Of a DNA stretch of 64,000 nt, positions 8,926 through 19,494 are shown piece by piece; positions within the stretch are counted from its first letter, which is position 1; each line of letters starts with the position of its first letter. The position numbers and the translations under genes were made by a program. This stretch comes from Crocinitomix sp. (GTDB taxonomy: Bacteria; Bacteroidota; Bacteroidia; Flavobacteriales_D; Crocinitomicaceae), in assembly GCA_013138735.1 (NCBI GenBank), contig WTCE01000107.1, positions 1,771 through 65,770 on the forward strand, written 5' to 3'. A model generated the notes under the pieces. It had not been told where the DNA came from and did no database searches. It was given only the letters and a program-made list of their open reading frames with translations.

Positions 8926-10305
8926 ATGTCAAAATCTTCACTAACAATTATCGGAAGTCAAGAATGGTGTGCATTTCCAAGTCTAAATACGCCTGCCGTT
9001 CGCGCCAGAATAGATTCTGGGGCGCAAACCTCTTCAATTCATGCCTCAAACATTCAGCCCTTTATAAAAGATGGTGAAGATTGGGTTCGATTTGAAATTC
9101 ATCCTTTGCAGGAATCGCCTAAAATCACTATTAAAAACGAGGCTAAAGTTGAGTCGGTTCGGAAAGTAAAAAACACGGGTGGAACAAGTGAAAGTAGATA
9201 TGTTATAAAAACGCCATTAACAATTGGAAAAGAAACTTTTGATATTGAGTTAACTCTCTCGAATAGAGACGCTATGGGCTTTAGGATGTTATTAGGTCGA
9301 GAAGCAATGATCGATCGTTTTATGGTAAACCCGTCGGTAAATTATGAGTTGGGCGATTATACAGTACTTCAAATCAAAGACTTTTATAAAGCGGTAAAAA
9401 GAGTAAAACCTGGATTAAAAATAGCGCTATTAGCAACAAATAGAAACTTATATAGCAATTTGCGCCTTATGCAGGCAGGCGAGGAACGTGGCCATGAAAT
9501 GCAATTTTTAAACATTGAACAATGCTTCATGAAAATGGATGCTGCTCAACCAGAAGTGCGCTACCGTGATGGATCAGTTTTAACTGATATAGACGCCGTG
9601 ATTCCACGTTTACGACCTTCAATGACACATTATGGTTGTGCTTTGGTGCGTCAATTTGCCTCCATCAATACGTATAGTTTAAACTCTGCAGAAGCTATTA
9701 CACAATCACGCGACAAATTATTTTCTTCCCAAATATTTTCGAAAAACGGTATCAATACGCCCATTACAGGATTCGCCAAATCACCATTAGACACTAAGGG
9801 TTTAATTGAAATGGTAGATGGTGCCCCGTTAATTGTAAAACTATTGGAAAGTACGCAAGGAAAAGGTGTAGTATTGGCTGAAACGAATAAGGCGGCGGAA
9901 AGTGTCATCAATGCGTTCAAAAGCTTAAATGCGAACATTTTGGTTCAGGAATTTATTCGTGAGGCGAACGGAAAAGATATTCGTTGTTTCGTAATTAATA
10001 ATAAAGTAGTTGCCGTAATTCAGCGCGAAGCAGAGAAGGGTGAATTTAGATCTAACATTCACATGGGAGGAAAAGCGAGTGTAATCAGAATCACCGCAGA
10101 AGAACGCAAACTTGCTATTAAGGCTGCAAAAGTGCTCGATTTACCAGTTGCTGGTGTGGATATTATTCGTTCAAATAAAGGTCCAATGGTTTTAGAGGTT
10201 AATTCATCTCCAGGTCTAGAAGGGATTGAAGGCGCAACAGGAAAAGACATTGCAGGACTCATGATTACAGCTATTGAGAAAAAATTGGGTTTCGTTAGAC
10301 CTTAA
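8926..10305 (+). CDS. rimK: RimK alpha-L-glutamate ligase with an N-terminal retropepsin-like (RimB-type) protease domain
   Basis: N-terminal RARIDSGAQTSSIHA and MLLGRE; C-terminal ATP-grasp SRDK, GTQG-like STQGKG, QEFI, RSNIHMGG, EVNSSPGLEGIE. Confidence 0.92.
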   Translation: MSKSSLTIIGSQEWCAFPSLNTPAVRARIDSGAQTSSIHASNIQPFIKDGEDWVRFEIHPLQESPKITIKNEAKVESVRKVKNTGGTSESRYVIKTPLTIGKETFDIELTLSNRDAMGFRMLLGREAMIDRFMVNPSVNYELGDYTVLQIKDFYKAVKRVKPGLKIALLATNRNLYSNLRLMQAGEERGHEMQFLNIEQCFMKMDAAQPEVRYRDGSVLTDIDAVIPRLRPSMTHYGCALVRQFASINTYSLNSAEAITQSRDKLFSSQIFSKNGINTPITGFAKSPLDTKGLIEMVDGAPLIVKLLESTQGKGVVLAETNKAAESVINAFKSLNANILVQEFIREANGKDIRCFVINNKVVAVIQREAEKGEFRSNIHMGGKASVIRITAEERKLAIKAAKVLDLPVAGVDIIRSNKGPMVLEVNSSPGLEGIEGATGKDIAGLMITAIEKKLGFVRP

Positions 10306-10430
10306 ATTGAACCGTACTAGCATTTGATTGTTAATTATTTATAAATCGATCATAAATTTATTTGGAATAATAATTGTAACTTGACTGTTACCTTAGAAAA
10401 TCGATTAGAAAAAACATACTATTTGCTCTT

Positions 10431-12095
10431 ATGCATTTGTCAAACTTATTAAAAGCACGCATAACTATTCTACTATTTTTATGCTCATCTATTGGATGGA
10501 ATCAAAGTACTCAATGTGAAACATTGGAGAATGCCATTCGCTCAGATCAACATATTATAACGCTAGATATTCGCAATTGTGAGTTGGAAGAAATTCCAGC
10601 CGAATTGAAGTCCTTAGTAGATTTAAAATCGGTTAATTTGGATGGCAATATTATTCGATATATCACCTTTGAAAACGTACCTCTAATTGAATCAATATCA
10701 CTCAAAGAGAATGGTGCTGTTAGTTTGCATCAGTCAATCAGCACAATGGCCTTTCTCCGATATTTACACCTTGATTATAATCGCATAACCAAAATTCCAG
10801 GAAGTATTAAAGGAGCTTCAGAATTAAGAACATTAACGCTAGGTTCCAACCTTTTAAAGGATATACCAAGTAGTATTGGTGCTTTGGCCAAGTTGGACAC
10901 CTTAGATTTAAAATCGAATCAATTAACAAACATTAAACCGTGGATTGAGAACTTAAACGAATTGGATTATTTGCACTTAGCCGCTAACGAATTGGTTGAA
11001 ATTGCTCCAGAATTATGGGGATTAGAACAACTAAACTATTTAAATTTAAGTGAAAACCAATTGAACGCTGAAGGGCTCAATATAACTGAAGGTTCTTCCA
11101 CGTTAGAATACTTGCATTTAGAAGTCAATGATTTGGTTGCCTTCCCAATGGGCATTAATAATTGTACGGCGTTAAAATACTTGAATATTTCTTCTAATCA
11201 AGTGCGATCAATTCCGAGTTCACTTAATGGTTTAAAAAAACTAGAAACGCTCATTTTAAAATGGAATTTATTGGAAGACTTGCCTATTCCAATTGGAGAT
11301 CTAGCTGCGCTGCAAAATTTAGAGATAGATCATAACGCAATTAAAACATTGGGAGATGCCTTGAGCGGTTTGAATAACTTAACTGTTTTGAAAGCCAACG
11401 ATAATTTAATTTCTGAAATCCCGGAATCCGTGCTTCAATTAAAGTCACTCAAAAAACTTCAAATTGCTGGAAACTTATTGAAGAGTTTGCCCAATAATTG
11501 GTCAAAAATGACGGCATTAGAATTTTTAGATGCCTCCAGAAATAATCTGGATTCAATACCTACAAACCTCTTAAGTTTAACAGGATTGATATCATTGAAT
11601 TTACGTAATAACACCATTGAAACTATTCCAACTCAGGTTAAAAACTTGGCCCGATTGAAGGAATTAGATTTAGGGGAAAATAGCATTGAAATTTTACCAA
11701 TTGAATTAGCCGAATTAAAAAATCTAACCTCGCTCAAATTAGATGGAAACTTGATTCAAAAAATTGATCCCTTAATTATGTCTTTAAAAGGATTAACGAG
11801 TCTTGAATTGGACGGGAATTTGATTAAAAAACTTCCAAAAAATTTGGGCGAATTATCCAATTTAAAATACCTCAGCATTAATGGTAATCAGCTCAAAAAA
11901 CTACCTGAATCAATCGGCGATTTATCGAATTTAATTTACCTAAGTGTAGAAGCCAATTTGCTAAAAAAATTACCGGAAACAATTCAAAATTTAAAGAATT
12001 TGAAATACCTTTCTATCTCGAAAAACCTAATGGATTTTGAGGAGCAAAAGAAGATCAAAGCATGGCTTCCTGAGGGTTGTGTAATTTTAATGTAG
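10431..12095 (+). CDS. Exported leucine-rich repeat protein
   Basis: Signal peptide; roughly 20 LxxLxLxxNxLxxLP repeats; C-cap KIKAWLPEGC. Confidence 0.92.
   Translation: MHLSNLLKARITILLFLCSSIGWNQSTQCETLENAIRSDQHIITLDIRNCELEEIPAELKSLVDLKSVNLDGNIIRYITFENVPLIESISLKENGAVSLHQSISTMAFLRYLHLDYNRITKIPGSIKGASELRTLTLGSNLLKDIPSSIGALAKLDTLDLKSNQLTNIKPWIENLNELDYLHLAANELVEIAPELWGLEQLNYLNLSENQLNAEGLNITEGSSTLEYLHLEVNDLVAFPMGINNCTALKYLNISSNQVRSIPSSLNGLKKLETLILKWNLLEDLPIPIGDLAALQNLEIDHNAIKTLGDALSGLNNLTVLKANDNLISEIPESVLQLKSLKKLQIAGNLLKSLPNNWSKMTALEFLDASRNNLDSIPTNLLSLTGLISLNLRNNTIETIPTQVKNLARLKELDLGENSIEILPIELAELKNLTSLKLDGNLIQKIDPLIMSLKGLTSLELDGNLIKKLPKNLGELSNLKYLSINGNQLKKLPESIGDLSNLIYLSVEANLLKKLPETIQNLKNLKYLSISKNLMDFEEQKKIKAWLPEGCVILM
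11500..11539 (+). repeat. 40-bp direct repeat, copy 1 (inside the LRR gene)
   Basis: GGTCAAAAATGACGGCATTAGAATTTTTAGATGCCTCCAG; 39/40 identical to 13286-13325. Confidence 0.9.
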
Positions 12096-12141
12096 AAAAA
12101 AAAGCGTAAGAATTGTACAAACGATCCCCTATTCTCTCACT

Positions 12142-13161
12142 TTATTCAATTTCCAGTTCAAGTTCTATTTTCCTTCTTACTTTGAGTATGGTTTGTTCAA
12201 TGTTGCCAAAAAACCGATTCCGTTCTTTAGCGTTAGCCTGAGAAATCAAACAGGAATTATTCGTGAATTGATCTAAGATTAATTTAGTTTCTTTTGTGTA
12301 ATGAGGGTCAGCAGTGGTCAGGTAATTCATGATGTTATGCGAGAAATAGACAGCCGAACCTCCATTCCATTCGAAAAAATAGGTATTATCATAAATATAA
12401 GTATCATTAGAATACATTTGAAATTCATTTCCGGATGTAACGGGTTCATTATTGAGTGCAAATTTCCGACCTACTTCAGCCTGTTTTTTCATGTGCATCA
12501 ATAACTTAATTAGATCATCTAATAACTTCAAGGCATAATGTGGATCTTCAAATAATCGTGCATCAAAATAATATAGAATTTGTCTTAATGTCCCTCGAAG
12601 GCTTTCAGGAGAATATATTTCAGTGGAAGGAATAGAATTGTACAAATTGTGCGCTTCAATACTGATTTGAAGCACCTCATTATCAATCTTTTCATTTGCA
12701 AACTTTAGACTATCAAATTCTGGAATTTTCAGGTAAGTCTTGGCCCAAAAAAAGAACTTGAATCTCGTTAAATCTGGCAAGTTAAACAACTGAAAAATAG
12801 GTGTATCATTGACACTAGCAAGTAATCGAGGATCCTCTAAATTCTTAATTCGTCTCAAATCTTCTCGCATTCCAATGAGGTAGGATTTAAAGTTAACTTG
12901 ACGTCTATCTAAAGGATTGTAGGTAAATTCAACTCTACCCTTTTCTATGTTTCCAAAAACGTTAAAGTCTATTTTGAAATTTTGGCAGAGCCTTCTAGTT
13001 TCACTTAATGTGAGTTCAACTTTGCCCCTGAGCCTTCTGTATGCTGCGTCTTGTGAAACATAGAGCGTATCCATTAATACCTGAACTAAACTGTCGTCAT
13101 TTGGCAGCTGCATCTTAATACTGTCAAAGATTCTTTTTTGAACTTCATACTCTTCTTCCAT
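12142..13161 (-). CDS. Putative transcription regulator with N-terminal HTH
   Basis: SLVQVLMDTLYVSQDAAYRRLRGKVELTLSE resembles an HTH; remainder unassigned. Confidence 0.6.
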   Translation of the reverse strand: MEEEYEVQKRIFDSIKMQLPNDDSLVQVLMDTLYVSQDAAYRRLRGKVELTLSETRRLCQNFKIDFNVFGNIEKGRVEFTYNPLDRRQVNFKSYLIGMREDLRRIKNLEDPRLLASVNDTPIFQLFNLPDLTRFKFFFWAKTYLKIPEFDSLKFANEKIDNEVLQISIEAHNLYNSIPSTEIYSPESLRGTLRQILYYFDARLFEDPHYALKLLDDLIKLLMHMKKQAEVGRKFALNNEPVTSGNEFQMYSNDTYIYDNTYFFEWNGGSAVYFSHNIMNYLTTADPHYTKETKLILDQFTNNSCLISQANAKERNRFFGNIEQTILKVRRKIELELEIE

Positions 13162-13200
13162 TATTCAATGTAAGCATTTTTAGTTAATAGTCTGAATGAC

Positions 13201-13222
13201 AGAAGGATTTGGCAATCCTTCT
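13201..13222. repeat. Intergenic palindrome
   Basis: AGAAGGATT-TGGC-AATCCTTCT perfect 9-bp stem. Confidence 0.6.
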
Positions 13223-13285
13223 ATCTGCAATTCAAAGCTCTATCCGATTAATTGAAGGGATATTGAATGAGCAACGCTTGTCGAA

Positions 13286-13325
13286 GGTCAAAAATGACGG
13301 CATTAGAATTTTTAGATGCTTCCAG
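13286..13325 (+). repeat. 40-bp direct repeat, copy 2 (intergenic), abutting a REP-like GCTTGTCGAAGG
   Basis: 39/40 match to 11500-11539. Confidence 0.9.
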
Positions 13326-13360
13326 TCCAAAACTAATGACTAGAAACTAGTGACGATTGC

Positions 13361-13780
13361 CTACTTCAACCTTCTTGCTAAAATTCGATTTCCAGTAATC
13401 TCAGTAGACCACATGTCGGATGGAAAAACTTTGGGTAAAAATCGTGCGTAGAGTTTAGTTCTTTGGGAGGTATGTTCGCCTTGGTCATCCTCTCTTAGAA
13501 TTCCTGTAAACTCAACAATTTGCATATTTGGATGCTCCCTTAAATACATGCGAATTACTTCTGCAATTGTTGTCATTACGCGCAAAGCATCTCCCTTATT
13601 GGTCACAACATACTCTTCGCCTTCATACTCATCATTTAAAACGCCAAAAACTACAACAGAATGTAAAATATTCTCTTTTTTGCGTCCAAAACGAACCTCA
13701 TACTCCACATCATAGGGAGTAGTGAACTGGTATACCTGTCCAGATGGAATTGCAGGGGCTATTATGTGATAAGGATTCAT
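13361..13780 (-). CDS. Hypothetical protein (139 aa) coupled to the caspase gene
   Basis: ORF track; its ATG directly abuts the upstream TAA. Confidence 0.8.
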   Translation of the reverse strand: MNPYHIIAPAIPSGQVYQFTTPYDVEYEVRFGRKKENILHSVVVFGVLNDEYEGEEYVVTNKGDALRVMTTIAEVIRMYLREHPNMQIVEFTGILREDDQGEHTSQRTKLYARFLPKVFPSDMWSTEITGNRILARRLK

Positions 13781-16700
13781 TTATTTCCCGAATATAATAT
13801 AATCCATGATAATATTTTCCTCTCTTGCTGTTGGGGTTTGCTTTTCATTGGATAATTTTTTAACTTCACGGTTAACATAAGTTCGAATTTGGGACAAATA
13901 CACACTGCCTGTATCCGTTTGACTTAAACCCTGAATAAATACATATGTAAAAAGCCCATTACTCCATTGGTCGCTTTCCATTGCGTATTCGGCACCTCCA
14001 GCACTTGAAATAACTGTTGCTCCGGTGCCTTTGCTAATGTCCTCAAACAAACTTTCGGTAAGCTTTCTAGAATTGTCTAATCCAACACCATCCTTTTTTC
14101 GAATATTTGTTGCGACTCCCCTAAATTGCACATCTCCCTGTTCCACTTCTGGATTCTGCCCTTCTTCAACATCATCCTCATCTAATTCACCCGAATGGCA
14201 AGTATCCATAATTAACAACTTTTGATAGGCCTTGACTTTATCCAATATTCCTGAAATTTGCGTGTATGGAATCCCTCTTTCATCTGGTGAATCAAAATCC
14301 ATATCATAGGATCCATAAAAATAATCGTAGTCCACATTTAGCACACCATGCCCTGCTATAAAAATAATGGCAAAATCTTCATGCGTGCAGGTGCTAAAAA
14401 ATTCCACTAAGCTTTGAATACCTTCTTTTGTAACAGCCTCATTTACGAGCAATTTTGAATGTACTTCATTATAGCGTTCCTTTCCTTTTTCTTCATTGAA
14501 CTTTTTTAAAACATCCTCAGCATCTTTTGTCGGATACTTCAAGTTAAACCGGTCGTCTTTGTAATTTGAAACGCCAATTGCTGCAATATATAAGTCGTGC
14601 TTTTCTAATTCTGAATCGCGGATAATCTCAAAACCTTCATATAGAGATTCTACACCATTAGAGTTCATGCAATAAATTATTATCTTATTTTTATTATTCA
14701 CAAGTGGAATTTCTATCTCCTTTCTAATCGATTTTATATTGCCATCAATGGCTAGACCTTGTCCCCCATAAATAGGAACATTATTAACGTAAACATGCAA
14801 ACTCCTCAAGTTATAGTCATCATCCCAAGCACTAATCCACACTTTTTGTGAAGGTTCTGTCGTGATAAGATCATGTTTAGTTTCAATTTTAATCGTTGGT
14901 AAATTAAAATCCATGTTCAATGAACCTTCGTCTAAGTTTAGTTTCTTTAATCTTTTTTTATAGAGATAATAATAAAGATTAATCAATTGCTCAGAGGTTT
15001 TACCAATGCGCTTACCAACAATGTCTGGTCGATTAAGGTGTACATGAAATTGATCAAAGGGCACTAATTTATCCCCCATCCTAAACGCTATTCCTTGCAA
15101 AGCACTTCTTGAGGCCATGTAATAATTATCTGGCGTATAAATCATGAATTCTTTGTCTCCAATTGCTTGATAAGTTGCTATCAGTTCGCAAGTTTTATAA
15201 TCAAAATACTTAACCGCACCATCTCTAGAGGCTGAGAAGAACCGATTATTTAGAGGATCGCAAATAACTTTAATAAGTTCACCTATATGATCTTCAAATC
15301 GACAAGTGCTTTTCCCTGTTTTAGTATCCCAAACTATTACTGAATTATCCGTTTCGCTAACCGTACTGCTGCCTCCACCAGATATTAGTACAGTTCCATC
15401 CGCCGAATAATCAATTGTGTTAACAATGTTAAGATGTCCCACTAAAATATGGTCCAAACTCCAATCACTTGTACTGCGTAAATAAATCGTTTTATCCCAC
15501 GCGGCGGTGGCCAAATGATTTCCATCTGGACTAAACTTTACATCATGAATCGAAATGGTTTGTTCGTCAAATTTTACCACTTCTTTTTTAGTTTCGTAAT
15601 TCCAAACCCTTGCTGTTTGATCTAAGGATCCAGAAACTACCCAAGGTTTTGTTGGATGAAAGTCTAAGCCCAATATTCCACCTTCATGCCCTTCTAATTC
15701 AGCAACCATTTTAGTCGACTCAATATCCCAAACTTTAACTTTGTTTTGATATCCTGCGCCTGTAAGCTTTTTTCCATCATTAGAAACGGCAACCGTTTGA
15801 ATGAGTTCGTAACCTGTATCAAAGGTTTTTATTTTTTTTCCTGTTTCAACATCAAATAAACCCAAGTTGATTTGATTGGTCATTGCCACTATTGACTTTC
15901 CATCTGGTGTAAACTCACAGGGGAAAAATCCTGGCACACTTCTAACCACTCTATTTAAAGTTAAATCCCAAATTTTCAACTCTAATTCATCACGGGGTGC
16001 TACAGCCAAATAATGCCCTGTGGGATCATACGCCATATTTTCTATACGTTTGATACGTGAATCAAACTCCTTAAGAATTTGCTTTCTCTTATAATCATAG
16101 AACGTAATTAAATCATGATTGGCCAAAACAACTATTTCGCCATTTGGATGAGATTGGACACATTGCGTGTTAAATACGCTGTTTGCAATCACCTCTTTAT
16201 CAACTACTTTTTTTGTTTGATAATTAAATATTATCACATCTCCAGCGTGCGTGGAAACATAAACAATTGGCTCAATACGATCGATTGCCAAACTCACTAA
16301 TTTAGTATCATACGCTCTCGACTCAAATTCAAATTCGCCTTTTTCTGTATTGAAAATTCGCAATTTATCGTCATTGAAACCGTAGGCTATATATTTACCA
16401 TCAGCTGAGATGTCCGAATTACAAACTAGCGGATTAAATTTGTCAAACAATTGATATGTCTCTTCTGTTGCTCCACTCGACATGTTGATTTTACGCATAG
16501 CTCCCAAATGATCGAGTGAATAAATCATTCCCCTCTCTACATCTGCAATAAAATACGTTACAGGACTTTCAGTTAATACGGTCGTTGTTTTTGATATTAA
16601 ATCATAGACAGAAATTTGCGTATCGTCATTGATGAAGAAGAGCTTGTTTCCATCTTTAGAAAAGTTCAAACCGTTACCTGAACCTGCAATACCACTATGA

Positions 16701-17023
16701 ATAACTTCACCCGTGATGACATCCCAAATCAGCAATTCTTCGTTATAAGTTGTACCAGCTAAATGGCGATTATTGGGTGCATAAACGAGTTTATCTACCC
16801 TGCCTGCCATATCAGAAATTGTACGAAATTCCATTCCTGAAGTAATATCCCAAATTTTGATTTGCTTATCGATAGATGCACTTGCGAGAAATTGTCCATT
16901 CGACGTAATTTCCATGGCATTAATACGTTCAACATGACCAGTTGTCAAAACAACATCTGGCGTAATTTGACCGTGAGCCAAACAAGCTATAAACAAAACC
17001 AATATGGATAAACTCTTGCGCAT
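13781..17023 (-). CDS. Exported WD40-repeat protein with a C-terminal caspase-like (peptidase C14) domain
   Basis: Signal peptide; many GH...WD repeats; His-Cys dyad in FIAGHGV and MDTCHSG; ESDQWSNGLFT. Confidence 0.9.
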   Translation of the reverse strand: MRKSLSILVLFIACLAHGQITPDVVLTTGHVERINAMEITSNGQFLASASIDKQIKIWDITSGMEFRTISDMAGRVDKLVYAPNNRHLAGTTYNEELLIWDVITGEVIHSGIAGSGNGLNFSKDGNKLFFINDDTQISVYDLISKTTTVLTESPVTYFIADVERGMIYSLDHLGAMRKINMSSGATEETYQLFDKFNPLVCNSDISADGKYIAYGFNDDKLRIFNTEKGEFEFESRAYDTKLVSLAIDRIEPIVYVSTHAGDVIIFNYQTKKVVDKEVIANSVFNTQCVQSHPNGEIVVLANHDLITFYDYKRKQILKEFDSRIKRIENMAYDPTGHYLAVAPRDELELKIWDLTLNRVVRSVPGFFPCEFTPDGKSIVAMTNQINLGLFDVETGKKIKTFDTGYELIQTVAVSNDGKKLTGAGYQNKVKVWDIESTKMVAELEGHEGGILGLDFHPTKPWVVSGSLDQTARVWNYETKKEVVKFDEQTISIHDVKFSPDGNHLATAAWDKTIYLRSTSDWSLDHILVGHLNIVNTIDYSADGTVLISGGGSSTVSETDNSVIVWDTKTGKSTCRFEDHIGELIKVICDPLNNRFFSASRDGAVKYFDYKTCELIATYQAIGDKEFMIYTPDNYYMASRSALQGIAFRMGDKLVPFDQFHVHLNRPDIVGKRIGKTSEQLINLYYYLYKKRLKKLNLDEGSLNMDFNLPTIKIETKHDLITTEPSQKVWISAWDDDYNLRSLHVYVNNVPIYGGQGLAIDGNIKSIRKEIEIPLVNNKNKIIIYCMNSNGVESLYEGFEIIRDSELEKHDLYIAAIGVSNYKDDRFNLKYPTKDAEDVLKKFNEEKGKERYNEVHSKLLVNEAVTKEGIQSLVEFFSTCTHEDFAIIFIAGHGVLNVDYDYFYGSYDMDFDSPDERGIPYTQISGILDKVKAYQKLLIMDTCHSGELDEDDVEEGQNPEVEQGDVQFRGVATNIRKKDGVGLDNSRKLTESLFEDISKGTGATVISSAGGAEYAMESDQWSNGLFTYVFIQGLSQTDTGSVYLSQIRTYVNREVKKLSNEKQTPTAREENIIMDYIIFGK

Positions 17024-17031
17024 CTTCCTAT

Positions 17032-18120
17032 TTACTTAAAGTATCTAAAATCGTGCCCAGCTTTAATATTCAATAAGGTTTCATAAATTAATTGAATTCC
17101 ATTTTCAACATCATCCTTATGTGCCATTTCAACCGTTGTGTGCATATAACGCAATGGCGTTGAAATTAAAACAGATGGAACACCTGAATTAGAATAAGCA
17201 AATGCATCCGTATCTGTGCCCGTTGCGCGAGAAGCCGCGGCGCGTTGAAACGGAATTTTTTTCTTCTCAGCTGTTTCAATTACCAACTTCAATAAATTAT
17301 TTTGAACAGCAGGCCCATATGTTAATACTGGTCCACGCCCATTCTTTAAATCTCCCTGAGATACTTTAGTAATCATTGGAGTTGATGTATCGTGACAAAC
17401 GTCTGTGACAATGGCCACATTTGGCTTAATTTTCTCCGCTACCATTTGCGCACCTCTTAATCCTACTTCTTCTTGAACAGAATTGGTAATGTAAAGTCCA
17501 AATGGTAATTCTTTTTTATTTTCTTTTAACATTCTTGCTACCTCAGCAATCATGAATCCTCCAATGCGATTATCCAAGGCACGGCCAACATATCTATTCT
17601 CATTTAAAATGATAAACTCATCTTCGTAAGTAATAACGCACCCTACATGCACTCCTAATTTCTCAACTTCCTCTTTGGAATCGCATCCACAATCCAAACA
17701 AATATTTTTTATGGTAGGTCCTTCTTCTTTTCCTTTGCGCGTATGAATTGCTGGCCAACCAAACACGGCTTTTACAATGCCATTATCGGTATGAATATTC
17801 ACGCGTTTTGAAGGAGCTATTTGATGGTCGGATCCTCCGTTACGACGTAAGTAAATGAAACCGTCATCTGTTATATAATGCACAAACCAAGAAATTTCAT
17901 CTGCATGCGCCTCAATAACAACCTTATATTTTGCTTCAGGATTAATGATAGCTACTACTGTTCCGTAATTATCTACCCAATAATCATCTATATATGGCTT
18001 AACGTACTGCAACCATAATTTTTGTCCTTCTTGCTCAAATCCAGTAGGTGAAGCATTGTTTAAATATTTCTCTAAAAATGTCAGTGCTTTTTTACCGCTA
18101 ATAGATTTTCCTTTTCCCAT
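17032..18120 (-). CDS. M42 family metallopeptidase
   Basis: SPTGFE, EAHADEI, RALDNRIGG, VQEEVGLRGA, GTDTDA, RYMHTTVE. Confidence 0.93.
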   Translation of the reverse strand: MGKGKSISGKKALTFLEKYLNNASPTGFEQEGQKLWLQYVKPYIDDYWVDNYGTVVAIINPEAKYKVVIEAHADEISWFVHYITDDGFIYLRRNGGSDHQIAPSKRVNIHTDNGIVKAVFGWPAIHTRKGKEEGPTIKNICLDCGCDSKEEVEKLGVHVGCVITYEDEFIILNENRYVGRALDNRIGGFMIAEVARMLKENKKELPFGLYITNSVQEEVGLRGAQMVAEKIKPNVAIVTDVCHDTSTPMITKVSQGDLKNGRGPVLTYGPAVQNNLLKLVIETAEKKKIPFQRAAASRATGTDTDAFAYSNSGVPSVLISTPLRYMHTTVEMAHKDDVENGIQLIYETLLNIKAGHDFRYFK

Positions 18121-18453
18121 ACCCTAAAAATAAGCAAATACTTCGTTTTTTATGTCCAGATAATGAATGTATTGCCGATTTCGGATAAAGAATGTTTCCG
18201 ATATGATAATCGGTAGCAAAACAAATTGATTTCTAAATTCCTTCCTCAAGAATCTTGAAATGTTAATTGATTGATTCTAAATAACGTACAATTGATCATT
18301 TGGTCGACTTTATCACATCCTTTATCTAATGGCGCTAGCATAAACCATAGGGATTCCGTATCTTCGATAAGAGGAAGACACCTTACTCATTTATCCTGCC
18401 ATTTTTAAGACAATTTATGTGAGGGAAAATGTTCTCCATTTTGTTTTAATTAT

Positions 18454-19494
18454 ATGCGTTTCATCTTAACATATCTTTTTCTTATCTCCTTGAATGTTCA
18501 AGGACAAGATTTGGTTTATAGTGAAGGCGTTATTGCCAATTATGAAAGTGGCGTATTGGCACATCAAAACAATGATTCTAAAACTGCATTGGATTTCTTT
18601 TCGCTATGTATCCAAGCAGATTCTACTTGTTTTGAAGCGTATTATGGTTTAGGCTTAATTCATTTTGAGGCTGGACGATTTAACCAAACATTACTAAATA
18701 CTAGCAAAGCGGAAACACTCCGCCCTTTTGATCCAGAATTAACTGGATTAATTGGCAGAACTTCATACCAAACACAGAATTATGCGAATGCCGAAGTATA
18801 TTTAAAAAGAGCCATTTCAATTGGGGTTTACAACCCAGACAATCTTCTGTATTTGGCGCTTTCGCTACAAAAGCAACTAAACTACACTTATGCTTTACAT
18901 TATTTTGACCAGTTGCTCATAGAAGATCCTTCAAATAGAGCATATCGCTTTAACCGAGGATTACTTTATGTTGAGATGGAAGATTTTGAAAATGCGCTTG
19001 GCGATTTTCAAAAGACCTTATTGAGCGGACAAAAACCACTGCCATATCACTATTTTCACTTGGCAAAAACGTCTCTATCACTAAATGAAGGCCAACAATG
19101 CTTGGCTTATATTGAACAAGGGCTTCCGATTGCCAGCAAGGATGAAAAAATAGACCTTTTGATTTTGAAAGGCACATTTTACCGCGACATTGGGGAATAC
19201 GAAATAGCTCAAAAACACTATCAAACTGCCTATGAATTAGAAAATGAAAACCCTCTTGTTTTAACGCACCAAGCAGCCGTATTGATTGATTTGGAGAATT
19301 ATGAATTGGCGATTGAAAAATGTGATGCTGCAATAGCACTCAATCCAAGCCAAATGGAAGCTTATTTTAATCGCGGAATTGCAAATGAAATGATTCGAGA
19401 TTTGGATCAAGCTTGTAGTGACTGGCAAAAAGCATTTGTACTAGGATCACAAAAAGCAATACACTATTTAAACGGACCAGTCTGTAATGAATAA
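18454..19494 (+). CDS. Tetratricopeptide repeat protein, exported
   Basis: Signal peptide and TPR-like helical repeats (AYFNRGIANE...ACSDWQKA). Confidence 0.85.
   Translation: MRFILTYLFLISLNVQGQDLVYSEGVIANYESGVLAHQNNDSKTALDFFSLCIQADSTCFEAYYGLGLIHFEAGRFNQTLLNTSKAETLRPFDPELTGLIGRTSYQTQNYANAEVYLKRAISIGVYNPDNLLYLALSLQKQLNYTYALHYFDQLLIEDPSNRAYRFNRGLLYVEMEDFENALGDFQKTLLSGQKPLPYHYFHLAKTSLSLNEGQQCLAYIEQGLPIASKDEKIDLLILKGTFYRDIGEYEIAQKHYQTAYELENENPLVLTHQAAVLIDLENYELAIEKCDAAIALNPSQMEAYFNRGIANEMIRDLDQACSDWQKAFVLGSQKAIHYLNGPVCNE

Noticed and set aside
11500-13325. DGR template/variable repeat interpretation of the 40-bp repeat
   Set aside because: Too short, the single mismatch is C/T rather than at adenine, and there is no reverse transcriptase in the window
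10431-17023. LRR + HTH + WD40-caspase as an NLR-like anti-phage system
   Set aside because: No NTPase (STAND) domain or gasdermin is present, the genes are on opposing strands, and both large proteins carry export signals
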